From the NCBI GenBank assembly GCA_029856045.1, contig JAHQWG010000039.1, forward strand, positions 56,728-120,727: a stretch of 64,000 nucleotides of DNA. The letters are read 5' to 3'. Of the stretch, positions 10,942-20,402 are shown piece after piece. Source of the stretch: Promethearchaeia archaeon. GTDB taxonomy: Archaea > Asgardarchaeota > Lokiarchaeia > Sigyniarchaeales > SOKP01. The translations under genes were made by a program, and so were the position numbers. Positions within the stretch are counted from its first letter, which is position 1, and every line of letters begins with the position of its first letter. The notes under the pieces were generated by a model. That model did no database searches. It was given only the letters and a program-made list of their open reading frames with translations, and was not told the DNA's origin.

Positions 10942-11610
10942 ATGATGGAATTTAACTATTTATTTATTGAACAAAAATTAGCAAATTTTCCGCCATTGGA
11001 GTTAAATTCTTCTTTTTTAAAAAAATCTGCTGTAATAATTCCAATTAAACCAACGAAATCGAGCTATAATATAATTTTTACTTCTCGTTCTCCAAAATTA
11101 AAACATCATACAGGCGAAATGAGTTTTCCTGGAGGCACTTTTGATTCAAATCTTGATAATCAACTCCAAGATACTGCTTTAAGAGAGATATATGAAGAAA
11201 TTGGTATCCCTCGTGAAAATTTAAAAATTATTGGAAGACTTGATGATTTGCCTACACTTACAGGTTTTATAATTCGCCCTTTTGTAAGTTTAATTAAAAA
11301 TACAAATGAAATAAAATTCAAAATTAATCATAATGAAGTAGCAGAATTAGTTGAAATACCAATTGAATATATTGCTCAAAAAAATCTTTTTTATGAAATT
11401 CCATTTCCAAAAGATCCTAAAAATTGGAAAATGTTATGTTTTAAATATAGAGATCCTAATATAAATAATATATTTAATATTTGGGGCGCTACAGCACATA
11501 TGCTCCAAGAATTTATGAAAAAGTTATATGATATAAAAGTCATTAATCCTGAATATGAAAGACCTACTCTTCCAGAATGCGTAGAATTTTTGCAAAAAAA
11601 GAAATCATAA
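10942..11610 (+). CDS. Nudix hydrolase, CoA pyrophosphatase (NudL/Pcd1-like)
   Basis: LKHHTGEMSFPGG, TALREIYEEIG Nudix box, IWGATA. Confidence 0.9.
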   Translation: MMEFNYLFIEQKLANFPPLELNSSFLKKSAVIIPIKPTKSSYNIIFTSRSPKLKHHTGEMSFPGGTFDSNLDNQLQDTALREIYEEIGIPRENLKIIGRLDDLPTLTGFIIRPFVSLIKNTNEIKFKINHNEVAELVEIPIEYIAQKNLFYEIPFPKDPKNWKMLCFKYRDPNINNIFNIWGATAHMLQEFMKKLYDIKVINPEYERPTLPECVEFLQKKKS

Positions 11611-11713
11611 AAATTACAAAAAGAAAAATTGAAAAAAAATATAAAATTAGAAATTTCAAACAATTTTTTTTAATTAATTAACGAATTCAATATTGCAGAG
11701 TGAAGTATAGAAA

Positions 11714-12304
11714 ATGTTTGAGAATTCTGAAATTTCAGAAGAATTTAAATTGAAAGATGGTAGAGTTGTTTTGATTAAACGACTGTTAATTGAGGATTAT
11801 GAAAAAAATAACAATTATGAATTTGTCCACGATTGGCTTAATAAAGTAAATAAGTATCTATTAGGAGAATTTGAGAAAGAAGATTTACAGCAAAACAGAG
11901 AATATTTTTACAACAAATTATCTAATAAAGCGGAGGACTTAATGATAGGGGCAATTTATAATCAGAGAATTATTGCTTCAGCAGGTATTAGCGTAAATCT
12001 GAAATTAAAAAAAATAAAGCATATTGGTAATTGGGGTATATCTATACATCCAGATTTTCAAAATCAAGGATTGGCTACGAGAATAATGAAGATCCTTGAA
12101 TATATTGCAACAGATGGAGGGTTAAAGAAACTTGAAGCAGATTTTTTTGAGGGAAATGATATTGCAGAGCACCTCTATGTTAGAAAATTAGGGTATGAGA
12201 TTGAAGGTAGACGAAAATATGCAGCTCTTTTAAAAGATGGAACCTATGTTGATAAATTCATAATGGGTAAAATAATAGATAAATCTATAAAAAAAAATAA
12301 ATAA
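11714..12304 (+). CDS. GNAT family N-acetyltransferase
   Basis: IHPDFQNQGLA acetyl-CoA motif; N..A..LY..LGY. Confidence 0.88.
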   Translation: MFENSEISEEFKLKDGRVVLIKRLLIEDYEKNNNYEFVHDWLNKVNKYLLGEFEKEDLQQNREYFYNKLSNKAEDLMIGAIYNQRIIASAGISVNLKLKKIKHIGNWGISIHPDFQNQGLATRIMKILEYIATDGGLKKLEADFFEGNDIAEHLYVRKLGYEIEGRRKYAALLKDGTYVDKFIMGKIIDKSIKKNK

Positions 12305-12337
12305 AATTTCTATCTTTCGATAGCATAAATTATATGT

Positions 12338-14860
12338 TTATCCTGATTCTTGTTTCAATTTTTTAATTTCTGAAAGATAATTTTCTGCTTTTTCAATCCA
12401 ACATGTTTTTGTTTCAAGTTCACATATCATCCTATTTGAAATCATTTTTCCTTTTTCAATATATTCAGTTGCTAAATCATATTTACCAAGCTCTTTATAA
12501 CAATTACCCATTTTGATACATGTCTCATAAGAAAAGAAACCATATGGCTCAAGTTTTAATGCTTTTTGAAATTCTTTTATGGCTTCTTTATATTCATTAA
12601 ACATCATTAATATTTCACCATAAGAATCATGGTAATTTCCATTATCTGGAACTAGTGTAACTAATTTTTTAGCAGCTTCTATAGCTTCTTCTTTTTTCTC
12701 TAAGTATGCTAACCCATAAACTTTACTATTCAAAAGTACGTAATCTTCAGGGTATAACTCAATTAAACTGTCAAGTATTTTTATTCCTTCATCAAATTCT
12801 TTCATTTTAAAAAATATGTGTGTTTTTTTCCATAAAAGATCCTTCCTTTTCTCTGGAAATTCCTTAATACCTTCTTCTAATAAGGCTAATATATTATCAA
12901 ATTTATTAACTGAAATTAAAATGTGTATTTTGGTGAAATAGAGATGTATATTTTTTGGATTTAGATCAATAGCAATATCGATTGCACTAAATGCTTCTTC
13001 ATATCTTTTCAATTCTCGCAAAATAGAACTTTTTAATTGATAAAATAGGGATTTATTGGATTTATTAGGCTCTAATGAAATAGTTTTATCAATCATATCT
13101 AGGGCAATATCCTCATGTGCTTTTAGTATATCAAATCTATAAATAATATTATAACCAAGCACTATTGCTTTTGTGGCATAGGAAATAGGAATGTTAGAAT
13201 AAAGTTCAAGTAATTCATTAGCAACATTTAAAGCCTTCTCAAATTTTCCAAGAGTCATATAACAAAAGGCTATTATGAAAGAAGAGGAAGCGTAAATCTC
13301 TTTTTGAGCAAGATTAATATCTATTTCTTTATTCAACAATTCAATGGCATCATTATGTCTATTGGATACACATAAAATTATTGCTTTCAGAAGATAAAGT
13401 TCAAAGTTTTTTGGATTCAATTTAATATCAGAATCTACAATCTTTAAATCTTCATTAACTTCTTTCTTCTTTTCAAATTTGTCTTGTTTTATTAAGTAAT
13501 CTAATTTAAATGAAAAATAAGGTTCTAATGTTTTAAATATCTGCAGGTCTAAATAATACTTAAATTCACTTTGTTCAATAAAATCATATTGGGAATCAGT
13601 AGAATCATATGTTTGAAATACATCAGGAATATTTTGCCAAACAATACCTTCTAATTTATCTAGTGGATCAATTAAACTTTTTTCAGTTTCGATTTTATAA
13701 GCCAAATATTTAATATATTCTGGTAAAAATTCTCTTAATGGTTTTTTCAGATTATTATTAAATACACTATTACAGATATCATCTAAGATATTATCTAGTA
13801 AATGTGTTAAATCTAAAGACGGATTATTGTAAAAAGTTTTTTCATAAAGCTTATTCAAATAAGTAAATTTTATGATAAAATCTTTTACCATAGCTCTTAA
13901 TACTTTCTCTATTCTCTCATTTACATGAAAAAAATAAATTTTATCTTGTTTAGTTTCTAATTTGAAAAATTTTATTGGATAAAAATTCTCTTCTATAATT
14001 TTATAAACGTAATAATCAAGAATTGTTTTTTTAATATCATATTTGCCAGAGAATTCCTCAGGTGAAATATATTCAGGATATTGATTCGGATGATTTAGGG
14101 AAAGAAAAAGTAAAATTTTGTCAAAATCTTCCTCATTACTTAAAGTATTTTTAACTTTAGCATAATCTAATTTTAACTTGTTATTTAGAAATCGAAACTT
14201 TAATTCGTCTTCTTCTATTTCATATTTTTCGAAAAATTTTATGGTTTTTTGTGTAATATCTTCAATTCTCTTACTTTCTTCTTCCAAAATTGATTGTCGG
14301 TCTAGATCATATAATTTCAACATTTTAGAGTATTCCGTCTTACCCTCTGGAGTAATCTTATATTGCTTATTTTCGTTTATTACAAATCCTTTGGTCATTA
14401 ATAAATTAAGATTTTTTGATAAAGAAGATTGATTAATTGAAAGAGGTTCTTCACGAAAATCTGACCATTTGCAATAATCATTGTTATTTACCATCCAAAG
14501 TGCAACATGATCATAATTCCTTTTACTTATAATTGCTTTTGGGGGATAATTTAATTTTCTTCTACCAGATTCTTTTAAATAGACCAATTCACTTAGTCTT
14601 TCTTTGCCTGCTGGTGTAATTTGATAGTAATCTCGCTCAGGTTTTTCAACAAGACCTTTACTAATAAGATTATTTAATTTACCTGATAATGTTGACTCAC
14701 TTATTTCAACTTTAAAATCTGACCATCTACAAAACTTATTGTTAGAAAGCATCCATAATATGATTTGTTCATTATCTCGGTTACCATAGGGAGGACTTAA
14801 AATATCTTCAGGTGGATACATTATATTTATTTTTTCTGAGCGACTCATTAAAAAACACAA
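12338..14860 (-). CDS. Multi-winged-helix plus TPR protein
   Basis: Tandem wHTH repeats (STLS..L..L..KG.V..Y.ITP.GK) at the N-terminus; TPR repeats at the C-terminus; likely start at Met5 (14848). Confidence 0.8.
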   Translation of the reverse strand: MCFLMSRSEKINIMYPPEDILSPPYGNRDNEQIILWMLSNNKFCRWSDFKVEISESTLSGKLNNLISKGLVEKPERDYYQITPAGKERLSELVYLKESGRRKLNYPPKAIISKRNYDHVALWMVNNNDYCKWSDFREEPLSINQSSLSKNLNLLMTKGFVINENKQYKITPEGKTEYSKMLKLYDLDRQSILEEESKRIEDITQKTIKFFEKYEIEEDELKFRFLNNKLKLDYAKVKNTLSNEEDFDKILLFLSLNHPNQYPEYISPEEFSGKYDIKKTILDYYVYKIIEENFYPIKFFKLETKQDKIYFFHVNERIEKVLRAMVKDFIIKFTYLNKLYEKTFYNNPSLDLTHLLDNILDDICNSVFNNNLKKPLREFLPEYIKYLAYKIETEKSLIDPLDKLEGIVWQNIPDVFQTYDSTDSQYDFIEQSEFKYYLDLQIFKTLEPYFSFKLDYLIKQDKFEKKKEVNEDLKIVDSDIKLNPKNFELYLLKAIILCVSNRHNDAIELLNKEIDINLAQKEIYASSSFIIAFCYMTLGKFEKALNVANELLELYSNIPISYATKAIVLGYNIIYRFDILKAHEDIALDMIDKTISLEPNKSNKSLFYQLKSSILRELKRYEEAFSAIDIAIDLNPKNIHLYFTKIHILISVNKFDNILALLEEGIKEFPEKRKDLLWKKTHIFFKMKEFDEGIKILDSLIELYPEDYVLLNSKVYGLAYLEKKEEAIEAAKKLVTLVPDNGNYHDSYGEILMMFNEYKEAIKEFQKALKLEPYGFFSYETCIKMGNCYKELGKYDLATEYIEKGKMISNRMICELETKTCWIEKAENYLSEIKKLKQESG

Positions 14861-14872
14861 AAAAAATATTAT

Positions 14873-14909
14873 TTCAATTACATTTAAAAATAGTTCAATT
14901 ACATTTAAA
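14873..14909. repeat. 16-bp direct repeat TTCAATTACATTTAAA x2, 21-bp period
   Basis: Copies at 14873-14888 and 14894-14909, in the divergent promoter upstream of the wHTH-TPR gene. Confidence 0.7.
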
Positions 14910-15035
14910 TACTTTGCACTTCACATCGGCTCTTGAACTTCGTATGGAGTTCGGCTTCAAAACTTATATATGAATTATTTTCTTAATTTAAATTAATAAT
15001 AAAAAATTGAAAAAAATTAGAAGGGATAAAAAAAA

Positions 15036-15278
15036 ATGGCCCAAGTATGTGCAAAAGATGAAGCACTTCTCGATTGTGCTGAAATAGAAATTGCTTTAGA
15101 AAAACTCCCTAAATCAAGAAAGCAAATCGAGATAAAAAAAGTTGAAGATAAACAAGATAAATCACGATTATTGAAATTATATGAGGAAGCAAAGTATAAC
15201 GTAAAATGTTATAAAGAGTTAATTCAAATAAAGAAAGTTAAAAGCAAGATTCATTTTAGAAACTATGGAGTTTTTTAA
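15036..15278 (+). CDS. Hypothetical protein (80 aa)
   Basis: ATG preceded by AAGGGA plus an A-run; fills the intergenic gap. Confidence 0.6.
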   Translation: MAQVCAKDEALLDCAEIEIALEKLPKSRKQIEIKKVEDKQDKSRLLKLYEEAKYNVKCYKELIQIKKVKSKIHFRNYGVF

Positions 15279-15343
15279 GAAATCTAATTTTTTGTATTAA
15301 ATATTAAAAAAAAAATAAAAAATCACAAAAGAGGGAAAAAAAA

Positions 15344-15430
15344 ATGAATAAAAAAAGAAATAAAGAAAAACAAGTAAAAAATATAAAAAATTATCCTACA
15401 GGATATAATCCTCAGTATTTTCGATATTAA
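15344..15430 (+). CDS. Possible 28-aa basic peptide MNKKRNKEKQVKNIKNYPTGYNPQYFRY
   Basis: ATG preceded by GAGGG plus an A-run, the same start context as the upstream ORF. Confidence 0.35.
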   Translation: MNKKRNKEKQVKNIKNYPTGYNPQYFRY

Positions 15431-15538
15431 ATAATCTGTTTTTTTATTTTTAGTATATTTAATTTTTGGTAAGAATTGCTTCTACTTAAGATTATCATTT
15501 TCGTGTTAATTTTTTGCATTATTTAAAATAATTTAGTA

Positions 15539-15937
15539 TTAATGGTCATGCAAAAAACCATTGGGAAGTATTTCTCCACATAAACATTGGTTTGGATGGC
15601 TATAAGCTTCGCAAATTCTTTCTATCAAATCACAAGAAATAACATTTGCAATTTTTCTGGCTTCTTCATGAGCAAATTCTTCGGGAAGATTTAACACATC
15701 CATTAAGAAATGGGCAACCAGATGTTCATGCAATTTAAAATGCTGAGCTTCTTTCTTTCCGGCAGCAACTAACTCAACACTTCTATAAGGTTCCCATCTT
15801 ACAAATTTTTTTCCAACTAAACGTTTCACTGCACTATTCACAGTGCTATGTTTGAAATTTAAGGCTTTAGCGAGAGCACCTACACTTATTGGTTTGTTAA
15901 TTTTCTCTAAATAATTCAAAATTTTATCTTCAAGCAT
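15539..15937 (-). CDS. DtxR/MntR family metal-dependent transcriptional regulator
   Basis: HTH (STV...VKRL), wing PYRSVEL, dimerisation domain FL..VL....AHEEA, P..C..G tail. Confidence 0.88.
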   Translation of the reverse strand: MLEDKILNYLEKINKPISVGALAKALNFKHSTVNSAVKRLVGKKFVRWEPYRSVELVAAGKKEAQHFKLHEHLVAHFLMDVLNLPEEFAHEEARKIANVISCDLIERICEAYSHPNQCLCGEILPNGFLHDH

Positions 15938-15985
15938 AGTAAATCATATTTTATTTTATTTTATTTTCCTTTAAAATAATTAAAA

Positions 15986-16765
15986 TTACATATGCAGTTG
16001 AAAGACTAATATCATGGTTCCTATCCCTGCCATCATAAAAATAAATTGCCTAAGCGTATGTTTTAATTCTATGTTTCGATGTTGTAATTCAGGATATAAA
16101 TCAGATAAAGCAATGTAAATAAAACTAGCAGCTGAAAATGCCAAGATATAAGGAATCGATGTTTTAACAATATCTAAAATAAAATAACTTATAATCGCTG
16201 CAGGAATGGTCGATGAGCTAGATAAAGTATTGTAAAATAATGCTTTCTTTTTTGAATAACCCTGATCAAGTAAGATCCCGAAGTCCCCTACTTCTTGGGG
16301 CACTTCGTGAGCAATAACAGAAAGGCTTACAGCTATACCCATTGCAAAATTAATTAAGAAACTAGATGCAATAATAACACCATCAATAAGATTGTGGAAA
16401 GAATCTCCAATGAGAATAATTGGACCAGGAGCACCATGCACTTCACAATTTGTTACATGACAATGGCGCCAAATTATTAATTTTTCAAGAACAAAAAAAA
16501 CAATAACTCCCATTAAAATAGTTGCTAATATCAATGATATATTTTGATTAATCTGTTCTATTATGGTAATATTTTCGTTAGCATACCCGATAGCATGCGG
16601 TATCATTCCTAAAAAAGCTGCTGAAAGTAATGTTCCAGTAGCGTATGAAATTAAAACGGGAATAAGTGTATTTTGTACTTTATCATTAAATAGCAATAAT
16701 GCACCTGCTGATAATATTGCTCCAACACTGCCTAAAATACTGAATAGAATAACCCATATTAACAT
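15986..16765 (-). CDS. ZIP family metal (Zn) transporter
   Basis: GDSFHNLIDG (TM4), HEVPQEVGD (TM5), His/Cys loop HCHVTNCEVH. Confidence 0.93.
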   Translation of the reverse strand: MLIWVILFSILGSVGAILSAGALLLFNDKVQNTLIPVLISYATGTLLSAAFLGMIPHAIGYANENITIIEQINQNISLILATILMGVIVFFVLEKLIIWRHCHVTNCEVHGAPGPIILIGDSFHNLIDGVIIASSFLINFAMGIAVSLSVIAHEVPQEVGDFGILLDQGYSKKKALFYNTLSSSSTIPAAIISYFILDIVKTSIPYILAFSAASFIYIALSDLYPELQHRNIELKHTLRQFIFMMAGIGTMILVFQLHM

Positions 16766-16811
16766 TTTTTCATTATCTTCTATAATTTATTTTAAATATT
16801 TATAATAAAAA

Positions 16812-16879
16812 TTACGATATATCGTAAACTAATATAATTAGAAGATAAGAAGATATTTAAACTTTACGATATGTCGTAA
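16812..16879. promoter_or_regulatory. Two 16-bp palindromic operator candidates flanking a minus-strand TATA box
   Basis: TTACGATATATCGTAA (16812-16827, perfect palindrome) and TTACGATATGTCGTAA (16864-16879); TTTAAATA on the minus strand at about 16854-16861. Confidence 0.75.
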
Positions 16880-16915
16880 TTATACAATTTCGTTAATTCC
16901 AATCTTAATTTAAGA

Positions 16916-18616
16916 TTAAACAAATGAAGATGCCAAATATATTGATGTACCGATTATAGTTGCAACAACCATTATTACAATAATCAATAATCTTAAAAGA
17001 AATGTTCTTTTAAGCGGTTTTGATAATATTGCTTTAAAATTAAACCTTTTTCGAGATTTTAAAGTCACTGGTAGGAAATAAGTTATTGTAGAAGTCTTAA
17101 ATTTTACTTGATCCAAAGGAACACAGAGATACATAAAAATTAGAACGCAAACAACGACCATAAAAATCGTGCTGATGATTGAATTAAGAATTAAAACAAG
17201 TGATGTTGCAAAAGCCCAACTTTGTGTTAATTGTAAAGAAATAAAAAATAACAATCCCGGGATGGCAGCTACATCAAAAAAATCTAATTTTCTAAACTGT
17301 TTAACAAGTTCTAGTTCAGTAGGTTTATATGTGCAAATTTTGAAGAATTTATAACGAAATTTTCTTTGAAATCTTAAAATTTTATCAGATTGATTATAAT
17401 CAATTGAATCTCCATTAACATCACTGAAATCCTGAGAAATTGCTCTTATGACTAAAATTGAACCGAAAATGATTGCAAACCACCAATAGAGAGTGCCAAA
17501 TAAAACAAAAAAATTCCACATTATAACGGATGTAGCAATAAAGAAAATACCCAAAATGAGATTAGTATAATGACGATGAGTCGCATTAATTTGATTGCTT
17601 TTCATAAATTCTGAGGATTCATTGCTACTTATTGCGCAATTAAGAACATTTGATATTTCATCACATACTATTGGGATTTCTTTCAATTCTATTTTTAATG
17701 GTTCTGGCGTGAACCACATTTCATATAAATCATCCTTTGTTGCAATTTCAAAATAATGTTGAGGAGTTAAAACCAAAAAGAACAAAGCAAAACATTCCAT
17801 AATAGCAGAAAAAATTAATAAAATTCCCTGAACTGGGATTTCTAATCTCGGAATTGCGATCATGTTTATAAGATAAAAACCTTCAATAAATGACAAAATG
17901 ATAAAAGGCATTAATAGAACCACCCAAATAAGTTTAGGTCCTAATTGATTGTTTTGATACCGTAATGCTTCAATATCATTTTTCAGAATTTTTGTAGTCC
18001 ATGGAGAGGTGGGTCTGAATTCGTGGAGATACAAATTATTTTTTGAATTTGAGAAGGCACCTCGGAAAGAACTGATAACTACATATAAAAATAAACCGAT
18101 CCCAAAAAGACTGGGAAAAAGACCAACAGTATAGAAATAAGAAGGACCACCTAAAACTATTGCTTGACCGAATGGAGCTGAGTGGTGAGAAAGACCTCCA
18201 GTTAAAATGAATAGATCTACGAAACCCAAAATAAGGAATAATAATGAAGCAATTAATCTACTGAGGGCAAATGAATAAAATCTTATGGACTTTTCTGGTT
18301 TCTCATTAACTTCGAAAAACTTATCCAAATAATAAGAAACTATATGTGGTTTTGGAATTTTCATTATTGTAATCTTTATACACATAAATAAACCTACTCC
18401 AAATAAAATCCACCCAAGAATGAAAGCAACCTCAAAATCAATACCTACATCTATAAATTCTACAGCATAACTTAGAACAAGAATAAAGAAACCAAGAATT
18501 AAAAAAAATGCTCCTAAGATAAGAATTATTAAAATTAAACGTCTTGGCTTTTCATATAATTCCTTAATTATATCAATTTCAACGGCTTGGTTTCTTTCTT
18601 CCATTTTAACCATCAA
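16916..18616 (-). CDS. Hypothetical multi-pass membrane protein
   Basis: 566-aa ORF with about 12 hydrophobic segments separated by short beta-rich soluble stretches. Confidence 0.75.
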   Translation of the reverse strand: MMVKMEERNQAVEIDIIKELYEKPRRLILIILILGAFFLILGFFILVLSYAVEFIDVGIDFEVAFILGWILFGVGLFMCIKITIMKIPKPHIVSYYLDKFFEVNEKPEKSIRFYSFALSRLIASLLFLILGFVDLFILTGGLSHHSAPFGQAIVLGGPSYFYTVGLFPSLFGIGLFLYVVISSFRGAFSNSKNNLYLHEFRPTSPWTTKILKNDIEALRYQNNQLGPKLIWVVLLMPFIILSFIEGFYLINMIAIPRLEIPVQGILLIFSAIMECFALFFLVLTPQHYFEIATKDDLYEMWFTPEPLKIELKEIPIVCDEISNVLNCAISSNESSEFMKSNQINATHRHYTNLILGIFFIATSVIMWNFFVLFGTLYWWFAIIFGSILVIRAISQDFSDVNGDSIDYNQSDKILRFQRKFRYKFFKICTYKPTELELVKQFRKLDFFDVAAIPGLLFFISLQLTQSWAFATSLVLILNSIISTIFMVVVCVLIFMYLCVPLDQVKFKTSTITYFLPVTLKSRKRFNFKAILSKPLKRTFLLRLLIIVIMVVATIIGTSIYLASSFV

Positions 18617-18651
18617 ATATTTTTACTTAACTCTTTTATTTTTATTTTTAT

Positions 18652-20190
18652 TTAACTTGAAGGTGGTGGAATAATTCCATAAGCGCGACCCATCCAATAA
18701 ATGCAATTATATGTTCGACCATCTCCTTCGGTTAAGCCATTTCCCTGACGTCCACCATCTTCTTCAAATGGATTATCACCCCAGAAGTTCCCAGGGTCAT
18801 AATACATCATATCAACTGTGGCAGGTTGCAACCAAAGTTCATCATCAAAATCAATTTCTAGTGAAATAGGTGCATACAGAATCCCTAATGGTCCATTTAG
18901 AATTTCACTCCACTTTTCTGGTGCTGGATTCCTTGTATGCCATGAGGGACGTTCTGTTGCATTAAAGTTTATATATGCTCCCTGTCCCCATTCTATATTA
19001 TTTTGAAACCGCATTAACTGGTCATAGATATCATTTCGAATAGTTAGATTTTCATCTCCCGTCCAAACAAGATAAATCATATTAAAAAAAGCATTACGAT
19101 GATATCTTATGAGCGGATAAGTGCCTTGAATATATTCATTAATAAAATATTGCTTTAAGTTAGGATCTTGTGTAGTCATAATTAAATTGAAGAGGTCCAT
19201 GTGTCCAAAATTCCATCCGTAGTACTCTTCAATTATGTTGAAAGCAGAACCCTCTCCAATACCATTCATATACATGTTTTTAGTTGCATAATAGTGCCAT
19301 AAATCATCATATAATCCAGGATATGCTATTCTACCCAAATTTAATAGAGATAAAATCCATTCTCCTGAGCCTAAGGTTGCTTTCAAGTCAGTTCCGCAAG
19401 GATTCCCATCTCCTCCAATAACCAGCCAGTTGGTTTCTCGAAAACCCTCAATTAATTGAGCGATTAATAGTTTTACACGTTCTTGAACCCATGGGTCATC
19501 ACATAACTGAAGTGCGCGCCCTAAACCAAACAAATAACCGCCCATTTCATCCTTTGAGGTATATAACCTACAGCGCCAGTTTTTATAATCTCCAGAACCA
19601 TTAAAATGCCTTACATGGGGGCTTAGCATCCAGTTGCTGACATGTTCATATCCTGGGATATTTTTATGCTCAGGAGCCCAATAAAATCTTGCCGGTATTC
19701 CCGGATAATCAGGACCAATTCCACCATTGGGAACAGCGAGCATATAAGAGAATCCGGTTAGTAATCCCTTTATTATTTTCAATGCATCTTCCATCATTGT
19801 TTGGTTTCCTTCATCTTTCGTTGCTTTGTATTTAAAGCAATAAGTAGCTAGTGAAGTTCCAGTTGATAACCCAGCATTATCGGTAGAATGGTAATATGCA
19901 GGTATCGTGTAGTTATAATCTGTGAATGTAATTGTTAAGGATAAATTTGAAGCCATATGGTATTGTTCAAATCGATCATCTATTTTTGCAGACCACTGAG
20001 CCATTTTGTTGAAATCGGGCTCAATAAAATCAGTCGTATTTAATCCGATAGTATAAGTAAAGGAGGCTATATCATCCAAAATATAAAATACACCGCCAGC
20101 GTATCCCAAAAATGAACCAAATGGGAGAAAAAATAACAATACTACAAGTAAATTATGTCGTTTTAAATGTTTTCTTGATCGAATTCTCAT
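18652..20190 (-). CDS. Secreted or membrane-anchored hypothetical protein, possibly alpha/alpha-barrel (glycosidase-like)
   Basis: N-terminal hydrophobic signal, N-x-S/T sequons, aromatic-rich helical body (TSKDEMGGYLFG, YWMGR). Confidence 0.6.
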   Translation of the reverse strand: MRIRSRKHLKRHNLLVVLLFFLPFGSFLGYAGGVFYILDDIASFTYTIGLNTTDFIEPDFNKMAQWSAKIDDRFEQYHMASNLSLTITFTDYNYTIPAYYHSTDNAGLSTGTSLATYCFKYKATKDEGNQTMMEDALKIIKGLLTGFSYMLAVPNGGIGPDYPGIPARFYWAPEHKNIPGYEHVSNWMLSPHVRHFNGSGDYKNWRCRLYTSKDEMGGYLFGLGRALQLCDDPWVQERVKLLIAQLIEGFRETNWLVIGGDGNPCGTDLKATLGSGEWILSLLNLGRIAYPGLYDDLWHYYATKNMYMNGIGEGSAFNIIEEYYGWNFGHMDLFNLIMTTQDPNLKQYFINEYIQGTYPLIRYHRNAFFNMIYLVWTGDENLTIRNDIYDQLMRFQNNIEWGQGAYINFNATERPSWHTRNPAPEKWSEILNGPLGILYAPISLEIDFDDELWLQPATVDMMYYDPGNFWGDNPFEEDGGRQGNGLTEGDGRTYNCIYWMGRAYGIIPPPSS

Positions 20191-20402
20191 TTTTTATACA
20201 CAAGATTACATTAAATAAAAGATTGGATTTATAATTATATAAATTTTAAATTTTAGATTTGTTAATTTAGAATAATTATTAAAGAGATTTTTTACAATAT
20301 TTTTAAAAATGTAAGTTAAAAATTAAAAATAATTCATAAAAAAAGAAATTATTTTAAAAAAGAGGATTTTCAGAATTATAAATCTTATTTAAAACAGCCT
20401 CT

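Noticed and set aside
12338-15430. RRNPP-type quorum-sensing cassette
   Set aside because: The 28-aa peptide has no hydrophobic signal region, and the regulator has wHTH rather than XRE domains. Kept only as a weak finding.
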